This document shows, piece after piece, positions 9,406-19,376 of a stretch of DNA of 64,000 nucleotides. The stretch comes from Deltaproteobacteria bacterium (GTDB lineage Bacteria; Myxococcota_A; Polyangia; Fen-1088). The notes under the pieces are model-generated. The model was given only the letters and a program-made list of their open reading frames with translations. It was not told the origin of the DNA and ran no database searches. How positions within the stretch are numbered: position 1 is the first letter of the stretch; every line of letters begins with the position of its first letter. The stretch covers positions 96,001-160,000 of the forward strand of contig JANRKS010000031.1 in NCBI GenBank assembly GCA_033763315.1, given 5' to 3'. Made by a program: the position numbers and the translations under genes.

Positions 9406-10779
9406 ATGAGTCACGATCCCAGCGTCGAAGAACTGGTAACGGAACGCGCCGAATCGGTTGAGGATGAACCAAGCGCCGCCGCGCAGGGCACGCGCGTGTT
9501 TTTGGTGGTCACTGATGGTGCCGATGCAGGCCGCGCCTATGAGCTGCCCGAAGGCAAAGAGATCACGATTGGGCGCACCAAGGATGCCACCATTTTCGTT
9601 GACGATCCCCGCGTGTCGCGGAAACACGCACGCATAAGCCGTCTTGGCGCGCTGTTGTTGGCTGAAGATCTTGGCAGCCGCAATGGCATTCGGGTGAACA
9701 ATGACGTCGTCGCCGGCGCTCAACGGCTGTTGCACGCAGGCGATCTCATTCGCGTGGGTTCGGCGCAACTGTCATTGGCGATCGTGGCGGCGGCGGGAGC
9801 GCCTCAGAAAGCCCTTGCGAAGACGCCCGGACCGCTGGCCCCCCCGGAGGGCTTGATTGTGGCCGATCCCGATATGAGGCGTGTGTTTCAGATCGTGCAG
9901 CGTCTCGGGCGCACCAACACAACGGTTTTGATTTTGGGCGAAACGGGCGTAGGCAAAGAAGTGGTGGCCGAACAGATCCACCGAGCCAGCGTTGCTTCGG
10001 GTGGCCCTTTCGTGCGGCTCAATTGTGCGTCGCTGCCCGAAAGTCTGTTAGAGGCAGAGCTGTTCGGGCACGAGCGCGGCGCTTTCACAGGGGCGGATCA
10101 GCGAAAGGTGGGTTACATCGAGGCGGCGAATGGCGGTACGCTTTTTCTTGATGAGGTGGCGGAGATGTCGCGCACCACGCAAGCCAAGTTGCTCCTCACA
10201 TTAGAGAATCGAACGATCGTGCGCCTGGGCGCAACCAAAGAGTTGCCTGTCAGTGTGCGGTTTGTGAGCGCCACCAACCGCGATTTGCGTAAAGACGTGG
10301 AGCAAGGACGTTTCAGGGAGGATCTCTACTATCGCCTTTCGGCTTTCACGTTGCAGATCCCACCGCTGCGCAAGCGGCCCACGGAAATCGCGTTGCTCGC
10401 GGATCTGTTCATTCGTGATTTCGCGGCACGCATGTCCGAGCCGCCCGCCCGCCTCACACCGGCGGCGGTGGCGGCGTTGCGCCAGTATGCGTGGCCGGGG
10501 AATGTGCGCGAGCTGCGCAACGCCATGGAGCATGCACTCGTGCTTGCCGAGGACGGCGTGATTGATGTGCCTCACCTGCCCATCCGCGACAACACCAGCA
10601 TGGCGGCGCCGGCGGCCAGCCTGCGAGACGATGTAGAAGACGCCGAAAAGCGGTCGATCGTCGAAGCGTTGGCTGCATGCGAAGGGCATCGTGCTCGGGC
10701 CGCACAGTTGCTGGGCATTTCCCGGCGCGCTCTCATGTACAAGCTTGCCAAATACGGTTTGTCGAAGGGCAACGGGTGA
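9406..10779 (+). CDS. FHA-domain sigma54-dependent enhancer-binding activator (FHA-AAA+-HTH)
   Basis: FHA IGR...VSRKHA...DLGSRNG; Walker A GETGVGKE; GAFTGA; LFLDE; WPGNVREL; Fis-type HTH. Confidence 0.95.
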   Translation: MSHDPSVEELVTERAESVEDEPSAAAQGTRVFLVVTDGADAGRAYELPEGKEITIGRTKDATIFVDDPRVSRKHARISRLGALLLAEDLGSRNGIRVNNDVVAGAQRLLHAGDLIRVGSAQLSLAIVAAAGAPQKALAKTPGPLAPPEGLIVADPDMRRVFQIVQRLGRTNTTVLILGETGVGKEVVAEQIHRASVASGGPFVRLNCASLPESLLEAELFGHERGAFTGADQRKVGYIEAANGGTLFLDEVAEMSRTTQAKLLLTLENRTIVRLGATKELPVSVRFVSATNRDLRKDVEQGRFREDLYYRLSAFTLQIPPLRKRPTEIALLADLFIRDFAARMSEPPARLTPAAVAALRQYAWPGNVRELRNAMEHALVLAEDGVIDVPHLPIRDNTSMAAPAASLRDDVEDAEKRSIVEALAACEGHRARAAQLLGISRRALMYKLAKYGLSKGNG

Positions 10780-12269
10780 CCACCACCGCGACCCCAAACA
10801 GTAACGACGCTGCCCGCGTGTTGGGGCGGTATGTGTTGCACAGCGAGATCGCGTCCGGCGGCATGGCCACGGTGCATTTTGGTCGGCTCATCGGGCCTGT
10901 GGGCTTCTCGCGGACGGTGGCGATCAAGCGCATGCATCCGCACCTGGCGCGCGATCCAGAACTGGTGGCTGCATTCTTGGATGAGGCCCGGCTCGCGGCG
11001 CGCATCAACCATCCCAACGTTGTGCAAACCCTAGATGTGGTGGCTACGGACGGTGAACTGTTTTTGGTGATGGATTATGTGCAGGGCGAATCTTTGTCAC
11101 GTTTGATGAAGCAGGCCCACGTCAGCGCCGCGTGGCCGCAGCTACGCATCACAAGTGCGATCATGATTGGCGCTTTGGCGGGCCTTCATGCCGCGCACGA
11201 GGCAAAAAGCGATCGCGGCGAGCGGCTGGGATTGGTTCACCGAGATGTGTCGCCGCAGAACATTCTTGTGGGTGCCGATGGCGTGCCGCGTGTGTTGGAC
11301 TTCGGTGTAGCGAAGGCCGCCGGGCGCGTGCAGCAAACGCGTGAGGGGGAGCTCAAGGGCAAGCTCCCCTACATGGCGCCGGAGCAGATCCGCGGCGAAC
11401 GGGTCGATCGGCGTACTGATGTGTTTGCCGCGGCGGTGGTGCTTTGGGAAGCGCTCACGGGGCAGCCTCTGTTTCGATCGTCGGAGCCAGGCGCTGCGTC
11501 CTACCTTGTGCTCACCAAAGAGCCCGAAGCACCCAGCCGACTCATGCCGCATCTGTCGGCGCAGCTCGACGCCGTGGTGTTGCGCGGTTTGGCCAAGGAG
11601 CGTGAGCGCCGTTTTCCCACCGCGCTTGAAATGGCGATGGCTTTAGAAGCCGCCGTCCCACCCGCCACGGCCATGGAGACGGGCGCGTGGGTACGGCATG
11701 TGGCCGGCCACGCGTTGGCCCACCGGGCAAGACTTGTGGCTGAGATCGAAAGCGGTGGCGCCACGCCTTTTGCCAGCGGTGAACCGGCGGCTGAAGGCAC
11801 AGAAGCCGTTACGCAAACCGAGGCGTCGGTGGCGACGATCGAAGCTTCGTCCTCGCTCTCAAGCGCCCCGGCACCCTTAAAAACAAGGCGCACGATTCAA
11901 GTCGCACTCGTCGCTGGCCTGGCGGCGTGTGTGGCCTTGCTGTTGTGGGCGGTGGTGCCGCGCTCATCAACGAGTGTTTCGCGCAACGTCGCTCCGGACC
12001 TGCAGAAAGAAGAGCCGGCCTCAACGCGCGCACCGGATCTTGCTTTACCTTCTGCGCCGCCACCACGCGAGGCACCACAGCCGCGGCCGGTAGAAGCGGC
12101 GGCAACGCCGAAACCCCGGCGTGCCACAAGGATCCCACCTCGACGTGCGGAGCTCCCTGCGCCCGTTGTGTCACCTGCCGCGCCACCTTTGAAAACCGTC
12201 AATTGTGAAAACCCCTTCGTGGTGGACAGCGACGGCACCAAACGCCCGCGACCGGAGTGCTTTCGATGA
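10776..12269 (+). CDS. Membrane Ser/Thr protein kinase (Hanks type)
   Basis: GGMATV, VAIK, HRDVSPQN, DFG, YMAPEQ; TM helix, Pro-rich tail, C-terminal C.NPF.VDSDG.KR.RPEC; GTGA overlap with the EBP stop. Confidence 0.92.
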   Translation: MTTTATPNSNDAARVLGRYVLHSEIASGGMATVHFGRLIGPVGFSRTVAIKRMHPHLARDPELVAAFLDEARLAARINHPNVVQTLDVVATDGELFLVMDYVQGESLSRLMKQAHVSAAWPQLRITSAIMIGALAGLHAAHEAKSDRGERLGLVHRDVSPQNILVGADGVPRVLDFGVAKAAGRVQQTREGELKGKLPYMAPEQIRGERVDRRTDVFAAAVVLWEALTGQPLFRSSEPGAASYLVLTKEPEAPSRLMPHLSAQLDAVVLRGLAKERERRFPTALEMAMALEAAVPPATAMETGAWVRHVAGHALAHRARLVAEIESGGATPFASGEPAAEGTEAVTQTEASVATIEASSSLSSAPAPLKTRRTIQVALVAGLAACVALLLWAVVPRSSTSVSRNVAPDLQKEEPASTRAPDLALPSAPPPREAPQPRPVEAAATPKPRRATRIPPRRAELPAPVVSPAAPPLKTVNCENPFVVDSDGTKRPRPECFR

Positions 12270-13057
12270 AGCGGCTGGCGTTCCTGGTGACCGTGGCTTA
12301 CGGTGTGGGGCTCACCGCGCGTGCACACGCACAAGACAAGGCGCGCGGCTGCATAGAGAACTACGAGACCGCGCAAGTGGCCCGCAAGCAGCGGCAGCTG
12401 GACCAGGCGCGCGCAGCGGCGATTGCCTGCGCCGCGCCCGAGTGTCCCACCGCCTTGGCGCGTGAGTGTGCAGGATGGATTGGCGAAATTGAGCAGACGC
12501 AACCGTCGGTTGTGATCGTGGCCGTGTCCGCAGGCCACGAGGTCACGGACGTTCACGTTTGGATTGATGACAAACTTGTCACGCAGCAATTAAACGGCAA
12601 CGCCATCGCAGTGGACCCAGGCCGTCGGCGTTTCGTGTTCGAGCGTGGCACGCAGAAACGACAGGTCGAGCTCGTGATTCGCGAAGGCGAAAAGAACCGG
12701 AAGCTGGAAGTGGATCTGGGTGCGGGCGTGCGGCGCATGCCGCTGGCCGGATGGGTTTTTGGCGGCGTCGCTTTGGCTGCCGGTGGCGCGGGTGCCTATT
12801 TTGAATGGCAAGGGCACAAAGCCCGCAACGCGCTCGATGACGCTGGTTGCGCGCCCAGGTGTGATGGCAAACAAGTGGATCACATGCTTAAGCAGTTTCA
12901 AAGAGGCGACATTCTTCTGGTGGGCGCCGGGGTCTCTGCCGTCGCCGCGCTGGTTTTGTATTTTACCGCCCCCGTTCCTGCACCTATCCCACGTCTGTCG
13001 TTGAACGCCACCACAGTGCCCGGTGGTGGCGCCTTCTGGCTGCAAGGAACGTTCTAA
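12266..13057 (+). CDS. Secreted PEGA-domain protein with Cys-containing helical N-terminus
   Basis: Signal peptide, CAAPECP motif, PEGA-like VWIDD...VDPGRRRF, hydrophobic C-terminal segments ending in LQGTF; ATGA overlap. Confidence 0.75.
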   Translation: MKRLAFLVTVAYGVGLTARAHAQDKARGCIENYETAQVARKQRQLDQARAAAIACAAPECPTALARECAGWIGEIEQTQPSVVIVAVSAGHEVTDVHVWIDDKLVTQQLNGNAIAVDPGRRRFVFERGTQKRQVELVIREGEKNRKLEVDLGAGVRRMPLAGWVFGGVALAAGGAGAYFEWQGHKARNALDDAGCAPRCDGKQVDHMLKQFQRGDILLVGAGVSAVAALVLYFTAPVPAPIPRLSLNATTVPGGGAFWLQGTF

Positions 13058-14319
13058 GGCAAGGCCTCTGCGTCACCTAGTTTCACAAGCGTTGGATCAG
13101 CGCTGAACGCGTATTCGGCCTTGATCCAAGCGTCCGAACGAGCGCGGGTTTGCAGGCGGACCTCATCGATCGCGCCGTGGAAATAATAGCAACAACCGTT
13201 GGCGTTGCTGCCGATCGAAGAGCTTTCTGCAACGAGGTCAGAATCGAACGCGGGCGCACCGTACTTCACGTCCTTCAGTGTGTCGGTCAGCACGCCGTTG
13301 CGGTAGAACTTGGCCACGCGGGCCGCCAAATCGCTCACCACCGCCACGTGTGTCCATTCGCCGACGTCAACGTCCATCGCCTCGTTGGCCACCGCCTCGC
13401 TGTCATACTGCCCAAGCTCGGTGTTGGGTATGGCGCGCGATTTGATGGCACCGCCGCGCGGGCCCCACCCCACCACGAGTTCAAGCGCGGGGTGCCCCGT
13501 GTTGCCGTCTTTGCGGCGATCCTGTCCGATCGCCAACAACCCCATATTGCCGCGCGCGTCGGTCAGTTTGATCCAGCTCGACACCGTGGTTGAAGCGACA
13601 CCCGACAACACCCTCATCTTCTCGGGTAGGCTAAATTGTTGCTGTTTGTCAGCATCTAACTGCAAACCCCTTCCGATCTTGCTGTCGCTATATGTGCCCG
13701 TAACCGTCGTTGCGTCTGCCTTCTGAGCCGACGAATCTTGCGGTCCAAAAAGGTGCCACACACCGGCGAAGGTTGCGTCCCACGTCTGCGCTTGCGCCTC
13801 ACGCGACGCCACCGTTGCTTCAGGGTTGCCGAAGTACATCCACAACTTCAGGACGGATCCGTGTGCGGGTATTTCAGGAGCTTTGACCCAAAACAGGAAG
13901 TCCTTGCTTGAATCTTCACGTTCAGCAGCCAGGAGATTTCCTTGCTCGCTCACGAAGCGCATGTCAGCCGCATCTTCACGCAGCTTGCTGCCAAACTTTG
14001 CCTTGGGCACCCGCACCAACAAAGGAAAATCCGCGAGCGAAGCATTTTGCGGCGGCGACACCTCCACGAGAGCACGAAATTTCCATTCTGGCTTCCACCA
14101 GCCACCCGCGTTTTCGGATGGCCGCGTGGATCCATCTTGGCTCTGAGCGCCTGTGTCGGGCGCCGCGGCCGCGTCTTTGGCCACATTGGCGTCTTCATCG
14201 TCGCTGCTGCCATCGCCACCTTGCCCGGCTGTGGCGCCGTTGTCCGAGTCATTCATCGCGGCAGGCGTGGCGGAGCATGTAAAACACGCCGCCACCGCGC
14301 ACAAAGCGAAGCTTCGCAT
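13054..14319 (-). CDS. DUF2341 + LamG/concanavalin-like domain lipoprotein
   Basis: WW..W..R, DFPLLV, DMRFV, FWVK.P, MYFGNP (DUF2341); WTHVAV, FHGAIDEVRL...RS..WI (LamG). Confidence 0.85.
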   Translation of the reverse strand: MRSFALCAVAACFTCSATPAAMNDSDNGATAGQGGDGSSDDEDANVAKDAAAAPDTGAQSQDGSTRPSENAGGWWKPEWKFRALVEVSPPQNASLADFPLLVRVPKAKFGSKLREDAADMRFVSEQGNLLAAEREDSSKDFLFWVKAPEIPAHGSVLKLWMYFGNPEATVASREAQAQTWDATFAGVWHLFGPQDSSAQKADATTVTGTYSDSKIGRGLQLDADKQQQFSLPEKMRVLSGVASTTVSSWIKLTDARGNMGLLAIGQDRRKDGNTGHPALELVVGWGPRGGAIKSRAIPNTELGQYDSEAVANEAMDVDVGEWTHVAVVSDLAARVAKFYRNGVLTDTLKDVKYGAPAFDSDLVAESSSIGSNANGCCYYFHGAIDEVRLQTRARSDAWIKAEYAFSADPTLVKLGDAEALP

Positions 14320-14320
14320 G

Positions 14321-15757
14321 TTAAGCCAGAAGCTCTTGGTTCATGCCACCGTTCATGTAATCAGGATCGCCGAAGCTCTTGAGGTCTAGGCCCATGCTCT
14401 TGGCCACGGTCACAAACAGATCGCCAAAGTTTTTGCCGATGTTGAATGGGTAATTGCTTTTGTTGGGATCGCGCTTGAACCTGACGTAACGGCCGCTTTT
14501 GATTTGCTTGTTGTGGTTGCCGAGCAGAACCGTGGGAATGTTGCCGTTGCAGTGCGCGTTGCCTTTTGACAGACCGTTGACCCACAACACCAAGGTGTTG
14601 TCGAGCGCCGTTCCGTCACCCTCCTTGATCGCATCAAGCCGCTGCACGAGATACGCCACCTGTTCGGCGTGCCACTTGCCGATCTTCACCATGCGTTCCA
14701 GATTCACCAGATCCGAATCATCGCCATGGCCGATTTCCGTGTGGTGCGGTTGCGTGATCCCCAGCCACGGATGCGTCAAGTTATTGCCTTCGTGACCAAT
14801 CTGCAAAGTGATCACGCGGCTTAGATCACAGGCCACCGCCATCGCGATTTGATCGATTTGCGCTTTGCAGATGACTGGTAAAGCCGCGTCCTGCTCTAGG
14901 TCCACCGCACCCACCTCAGGGGTCCCGCATTGCAATGAAGCCACGGGTGTCACGTTGTTGGGCAGATCTGTAAACTGCTTTTCAACGGCAGCAAGTGAAT
15001 CAAGGTGATGGTCAAACTTTTGTTGATCCCAGCTGCCCAGACGCGAACGGATCGCCTTCATCTGTTCCATGGCGCCGTTGAGTATGGAGCGCCGCCGTGC
15101 TCTCAACGTGGCGGCGGTGTCGGGGCCCGGTGTTGGCAGCGGCTTCGAGGTGCTTGCATTGCCGAAAAGGCGAGTGAACATCTTGCGCGGATCATTCTCG
15201 GCCGCCAAGCGGCGGTTCGGTGCACTCCACGAAAGCGTCCCGTAATTGATCTCTTGGTCGCCATTCAGCGCGCCGAACTGTAGCGAGGGGAACTTGGTTT
15301 GTGAGCCAATTTTTCCGGCCAAATATTGGTCGAAGCTTTGCCCATGGGAGCCTTCGTTTTCTGCCGGATCCATGTTGGTAAGCAACGAGCCATACCAAGA
15401 ATGCCCGCCCTTGCCCGAGCAGTTGTCGATGCCCTCCAGCACAAGCATCCTCTGCTTGAAATCCGCAAGCGGCATAAGAATGGGTGAAAGGGTGTGTTGG
15501 TTCGTATCGATGAATGAGTCACCAGAAGAATATTGGTCTGTGGCCTTGTAGTCAGCGGGAAATGTTTTTCCGCCGGGAGGCGTTGGCCAAAAACGCTCTG
15601 GGAACGTGCCGTTGCCAACCGCCACCACAATGAAACGCAGCGGCGCTGTGGCGGCCCACCCGGCGCGCGGTTGCATGGCCTCCAGTAAGGGCAGCGCGAT
15701 GGCTGAACCGGCGGCGCCGCGCAAAACAGTTCGTCTTGAAATTGTTTTAGACGTCAT
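14321..15757 (-). CDS. DUF1552 family protein with twin-arginine-like N-terminus
   Basis: SRRTVLRG, LPLLEAM, SFDQYLA, ENDPRKMF.RLF, ACDLSRV, EGDGTALDNT. Confidence 0.9.
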   Translation of the reverse strand: MTSKTISRRTVLRGAAGSAIALPLLEAMQPRAGWAATAPLRFIVVAVGNGTFPERFWPTPPGGKTFPADYKATDQYSSGDSFIDTNQHTLSPILMPLADFKQRMLVLEGIDNCSGKGGHSWYGSLLTNMDPAENEGSHGQSFDQYLAGKIGSQTKFPSLQFGALNGDQEINYGTLSWSAPNRRLAAENDPRKMFTRLFGNASTSKPLPTPGPDTAATLRARRRSILNGAMEQMKAIRSRLGSWDQQKFDHHLDSLAAVEKQFTDLPNNVTPVASLQCGTPEVGAVDLEQDAALPVICKAQIDQIAMAVACDLSRVITLQIGHEGNNLTHPWLGITQPHHTEIGHGDDSDLVNLERMVKIGKWHAEQVAYLVQRLDAIKEGDGTALDNTLVLWVNGLSKGNAHCNGNIPTVLLGNHNKQIKSGRYVRFKRDPNKSNYPFNIGKNFGDLFVTVAKSMGLDLKSFGDPDYMNGGMNQELLA

Positions 15758-15773
15758 GTGCCTGTTGCTTTCC

Positions 15774-17474
15774 TTAAAGGTCTTGTTGCGGAGCCAAAGT
15801 CATGAACGCGTCTGTTTGCGTAAGTGCCACCAACAATTGGGGCCACACACCTGCGCCCCCGTTCAAAGTGCCAGCAAGGTTTGCAATCGTCTTGGCATCG
15901 GCCTCGGTTTCACCGCGCCCCAGGGCGTATCGCAACCAGTGCTTGGCCACACACGCACGCACGTCTGCACTTTGCGCCAGCGATTGCATGAACGGCCGAA
16001 CCCCATCGAACTCGCCCGTGACCGGTCCTTCTTCAATCTTCGTCGTCGCATCAACCGGTTTTCCTGCGTCTTGCGTGCGAATGCGTCCGACGGCGTCGAA
16101 ACCCTCGAAGGCAAAACCAAGCGGGTCCATCAATTTGTGACAACCGGAACAACTGGGGTCGTTTGTGTGGGCCGCCATGCGCTCGCGGGTGCTGCGGGTT
16201 GTGCTGACAGGCACAGGCGTGTTGTTCACCGCCGGTGGGGGCGGCGGCACCGTGCCGCACAGGATTCGTTCAAGCACAAACTTGCCACGCAAAGTGGGCG
16301 AGGTTTGGTTGTTGTGAGCCGCGAAGGTGAGCCACGCGCCACGGGTCAGGATTCCCGGGCGGCTCATGGTCAAATCGACGGCAGCGAACTCATCGGTCGT
16401 GACGGCTTGCTTCAGATCGTAAAAGGTGGCCAACGTCGCATCCGCGAAGGATGTGCTGCTGAGAAACAGGTCCTGGAACGTAGAATCGCCATTTGAGAAC
16501 AAAGACTGCACAAACAGGTCTGACTCGCGCTTCATTCGTTCTGCGATGTTGGGTGAAAATGTCGAGAACGTCTTGGTGTCTTTGGTGACTTGCGGGCTCA
16601 ACGAGCCGTAGCGCAGCCATTGACCGTGAAAATTGCGGACCATATCCATGGTGCGTTTGTCCTTCACCATGCGGTTCGCCTGCGCCTGCACCTGGGCCGC
16701 CGTCTTCAATTGGTCTTGGGCCGCGGCCTTGAGCAGCTCATCGTCGGGCGTGGTTCCCCACAGGAAGAACGACAACCGTGACGCCATCTCGTAGCTTGTC
16801 GGCCTCCGTTTGCCGTCGCTTGTGGCTTCACCAACCTCGATGCGGTAGAGGAAGGGGGCTGAGATCAACATTGTTGTGAGCACGGCTTCCATGCCGCTGT
16901 CAAACGCGGCTCCGTCACGCGCGCGTTCGTCTTTGTAGATTGTGACGAGGCGTGTTTCGTCTGCCGTGGTCACCGGCGAACGCCAAAGCTTCGCGCCGAA
17001 GCTCTGCACGAACGTACGCACGCACGCTTCGTCCTTCTGAGCCGCAAGACAGCTCACCTGCGCCGCGAGCTTCGGCAGGGCGGCCTTGGCCAGCGTCTCC
17101 GCCGCGTAAAGGTATTGCTCAGCCAACAGGGGCGGCACGGTCAAAGCCGCCGCGTTGTTGGAAAAGCCAAGCGCCGATTCTTCCGCCGTGAAGCGCAGCG
17201 CCGGATTTGACGTGTCGCCAAGCAGGTCACGAACCACGTTGTTGTACTCGAACTTGTTGAGCCTACGAATCACGGCTGCGCTCAACTGCGACTCAACATG
17301 GCCTTGTTCTGGCGCGTTGCCCCCCTTGCCCGCGCTGCCCAAGCCAACTGTGCCGCCGGCTCCCCCCGTCTCGTCGGGAGGTTTGTTGCCGCTCGGCACC
17401 ACGGCCCCGGTGCACGCGGAAAACAGCAAGAGGCCCCCAAACAAACCCTTCTGAACAACGCTTTTGGTGAGCAC
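15774..17474 (-). CDS. DUF1592 family (DUF1587/1595/1592/1588/1585) lipoprotein with CxxCH motif
   Basis: RRLNKFEYNNVVRDLL, SAPFLYRIE, EMASRLSFFLW, TSPTLRG, CSGCHKLMDPLG; lipobox FSAC; start set at GTG 17474. Confidence 0.9.
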   Translation of the reverse strand: MLTKSVVQKGLFGGLLLFSACTGAVVPSGNKPPDETGGAGGTVGLGSAGKGGNAPEQGHVESQLSAAVIRRLNKFEYNNVVRDLLGDTSNPALRFTAEESALGFSNNAAALTVPPLLAEQYLYAAETLAKAALPKLAAQVSCLAAQKDEACVRTFVQSFGAKLWRSPVTTADETRLVTIYKDERARDGAAFDSGMEAVLTTMLISAPFLYRIEVGEATSDGKRRPTSYEMASRLSFFLWGTTPDDELLKAAAQDQLKTAAQVQAQANRMVKDKRTMDMVRNFHGQWLRYGSLSPQVTKDTKTFSTFSPNIAERMKRESDLFVQSLFSNGDSTFQDLFLSSTSFADATLATFYDLKQAVTTDEFAAVDLTMSRPGILTRGAWLTFAAHNNQTSPTLRGKFVLERILCGTVPPPPPAVNNTPVPVSTTRSTRERMAAHTNDPSCSGCHKLMDPLGFAFEGFDAVGRIRTQDAGKPVDATTKIEEGPVTGEFDGVRPFMQSLAQSADVRACVAKHWLRYALGRGETEADAKTIANLAGTLNGGAGVWPQLLVALTQTDAFMTLAPQQDL

Positions 17475-17486
17475 GTCGATGGCAGG

Positions 17487-17503
17487 TTGCAAATGCCATT
17501 CCG
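17487..17503 (-). promoter_or_regulatory. Candidate sigma54 promoter of the leftward DUF1592 operon
   Basis: Minus strand CGGAATGGCATTTGCAA: GG-N10-GC with TTGCA. Confidence 0.5.
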
Positions 17504-17553
17504 CGCGCCGAACGGCATCTTTGCAGGGGTTCAACGACGTGGCGGATGCATAA

Positions 17554-17592
17554 CGACCAAAGTTTGCACCGGTGCAGTGCAAGACTTTGCAC
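17554..17592. promoter_or_regulatory. Palindromic enhancer-like site plus half-site between the divergent promoters
   Basis: Perfect inverted repeat GTGCAA-GACT-TTGCAC (17577-17592), preceded 23 bp earlier by a site ending TTTGCAC (17569). Confidence 0.55.
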
Positions 17593-17632
17593 TTTCAACG
17601 GGAAAGGGCAAGCGGATCGTGCCCTTGTGTCC

Positions 17633-17648
17633 TGGCATAGCAACTGCA
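17633..17648 (+). promoter_or_regulatory. Sigma54 promoter of the rightward DUF1592 operon
   Basis: TGGCATAGCAACTGCA, GG-N10-GC. Confidence 0.65.
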
Positions 17649-17661
17649 CTAAAGCCTTGAC

Positions 17662-19365
17662 GTGGACGCTTACAAAATCCGGTTGTCGTTGATCCTGAGC
17701 TGTTGTGGAATCATCGCGGGTTGCAGTGGGCAAGTGAGTTCGCGAGACAGCCCCGGCTCTGATGACGACGACCCCAGATCTCCGTTGGGTGGCGGCGGCG
17801 CCAATGGCGGCGCGGGCAACGCCGGCAATACGACCACGCCCGCCGCCTGTGGCTTTGCGCCCGTGCGGTTGTGGAAACTAACCCCCACGCAGTACGCAAA
17901 CACGGTCAAGCAGCTGATGCCAGAGGCGTCGGTGCCGCTTGCGGATCTGAAGAAAACATCCGTGACTGTGGGCGCGTTCAGCAATGATTCGCGCTCAGTC
18001 GACGTATCGCAGCCTCACGTCGAGACCCTACTCGCCAGTGCCACGGCTTTAGCCACACAGATATTGCCTCAGGCAAGTAAGGTGGCGTCTTGCCTCGCCA
18101 CGAAGCCGGCCACCGAGGCTTGTTTGCGTACCACGCTCACAACCTTTGGCGCTCAGGCTTTTCGCAGGCCACTGACGTCGACTGAGATGGACGCTTACGT
18201 CAACTTCTACAAGAAGGAGAGCGCAAGCGGAGGGAACGACGTTGGCCTCAAGCAATTCTTTCGCGCTCTGTTTATCTCGCCCCATTTTCTTTACCGCACT
18301 GAGCTTGGTGATGAGACGCAGGCCAGCGGCGGAAAGACGACGCTGACGGCTTACGAACGCGCGTCGGCTCTGGCGTATTTTCTCACCGATGGTCCGCCGG
18401 ACCAGGCGCTCAGCGACGCGGCCGCGAAGAAGAAGCTTGAAAGCGCGGCTGACCTGGAATTGCAAGCGCGGCGGCTTTTGCAAACGCCTGAGGGGAAAAG
18501 GGGGCTCGTGAAATTTGTTGCCGAGCAAATGCGCGCCGACGATGTGCGCACGGCCAACAAAGACGCGTCGCTTACGGCATGGTCGTCGGAACTTGCTTCC
18601 GACTTGGCCAATGAAACGAGTTTGTTCCTGGAACACGAACTCTTCGCGGGCGGCGGAAAGCTCGTAGATCTGTTGACCAGCAAGACATCGTTCGTCAACG
18701 AACGCGTGGCCAAACATTATGGCGTCTCCGGCGTAACTGGCTCCAACTTCAAGCAAGTCACGTTGCCCGAAGCCCGCCAGGGCCTGTTAGGCAAGGCCAG
18801 CTTCTTAGCGGCACGGGCGCAGCCCAATGAAACGTCGATTGTCAAACGTGGTCGCTTTGTCCGGGAACACTTGCTTTGCCAATCGATTCCCTCTGCACCG
18901 CCGGAGCTGGCCAACGTCGCGATCCCGCCCAAGCCTGACGGGGTTCACACCCAACGTGAACGCATAGATGAACACTCAAAGAATCCCGTTTGCGAAGGTT
19001 GCCACAAATTCATGGACCCGATCGGTTTTGCCTTTGAAGAATTCGATACCCTCGGTCAGTGGCGCAGCAAAGGCGTGACAGGAAAATCGATCCCCACGGA
19101 CGGCGTTGTGTTCAGCAACACAGACACACCCGACCGTTCATTTGCGAACTTGGCGGCTTTGAATACAACGCTTGCCGACTTGCCAGAAACACGAAGCTGC
19201 TTTGCTCAGCAGATGTTCTTGTACGCCCAAGGCCGCGAGCCCGACGCTGCGGATAAGTGCACGTTGGTCGAGCTCACAGACGCGTTCACCAAGAGCGGAG
19301 GCGACATAAAGGAGCTTGCCGTGAAGATGGTGACATCCGAAACCTTCGTGACCCGAATCAAGTGA
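17662..19365 (+). CDS. DUF1592 family lipoprotein with CxxCH motif
   Basis: Lipobox IAGC, LT..QY.NTV, AFRRPL, SPHFLYRTE, TSIVKRG, CEGCHKFMDPIG. Confidence 0.9.
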   Translation: MDAYKIRLSLILSCCGIIAGCSGQVSSRDSPGSDDDDPRSPLGGGGANGGAGNAGNTTTPAACGFAPVRLWKLTPTQYANTVKQLMPEASVPLADLKKTSVTVGAFSNDSRSVDVSQPHVETLLASATALATQILPQASKVASCLATKPATEACLRTTLTTFGAQAFRRPLTSTEMDAYVNFYKKESASGGNDVGLKQFFRALFISPHFLYRTELGDETQASGGKTTLTAYERASALAYFLTDGPPDQALSDAAAKKKLESAADLELQARRLLQTPEGKRGLVKFVAEQMRADDVRTANKDASLTAWSSELASDLANETSLFLEHELFAGGGKLVDLLTSKTSFVNERVAKHYGVSGVTGSNFKQVTLPEARQGLLGKASFLAARAQPNETSIVKRGRFVREHLLCQSIPSAPPELANVAIPPKPDGVHTQRERIDEHSKNPVCEGCHKFMDPIGFAFEEFDTLGQWRSKGVTGKSIPTDGVVFSNTDTPDRSFANLAALNTTLADLPETRSCFAQQMFLYAQGREPDAADKCTLVELTDAFTKSGGDIKELAVKMVTSETFVTRIK

Positions 19366-19376
19366 AAGAGGACATC

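Noticed and set aside
17475-17582. N-terminal extensions given by the ORF track (also 5438, 7321, 8131, 10677, 19257, 30653, 33732, 57560)
   Set aside because: They overlap promoters or neighbouring genes; downstream starts fit signal peptides, RBSs or stop-start coupling better.
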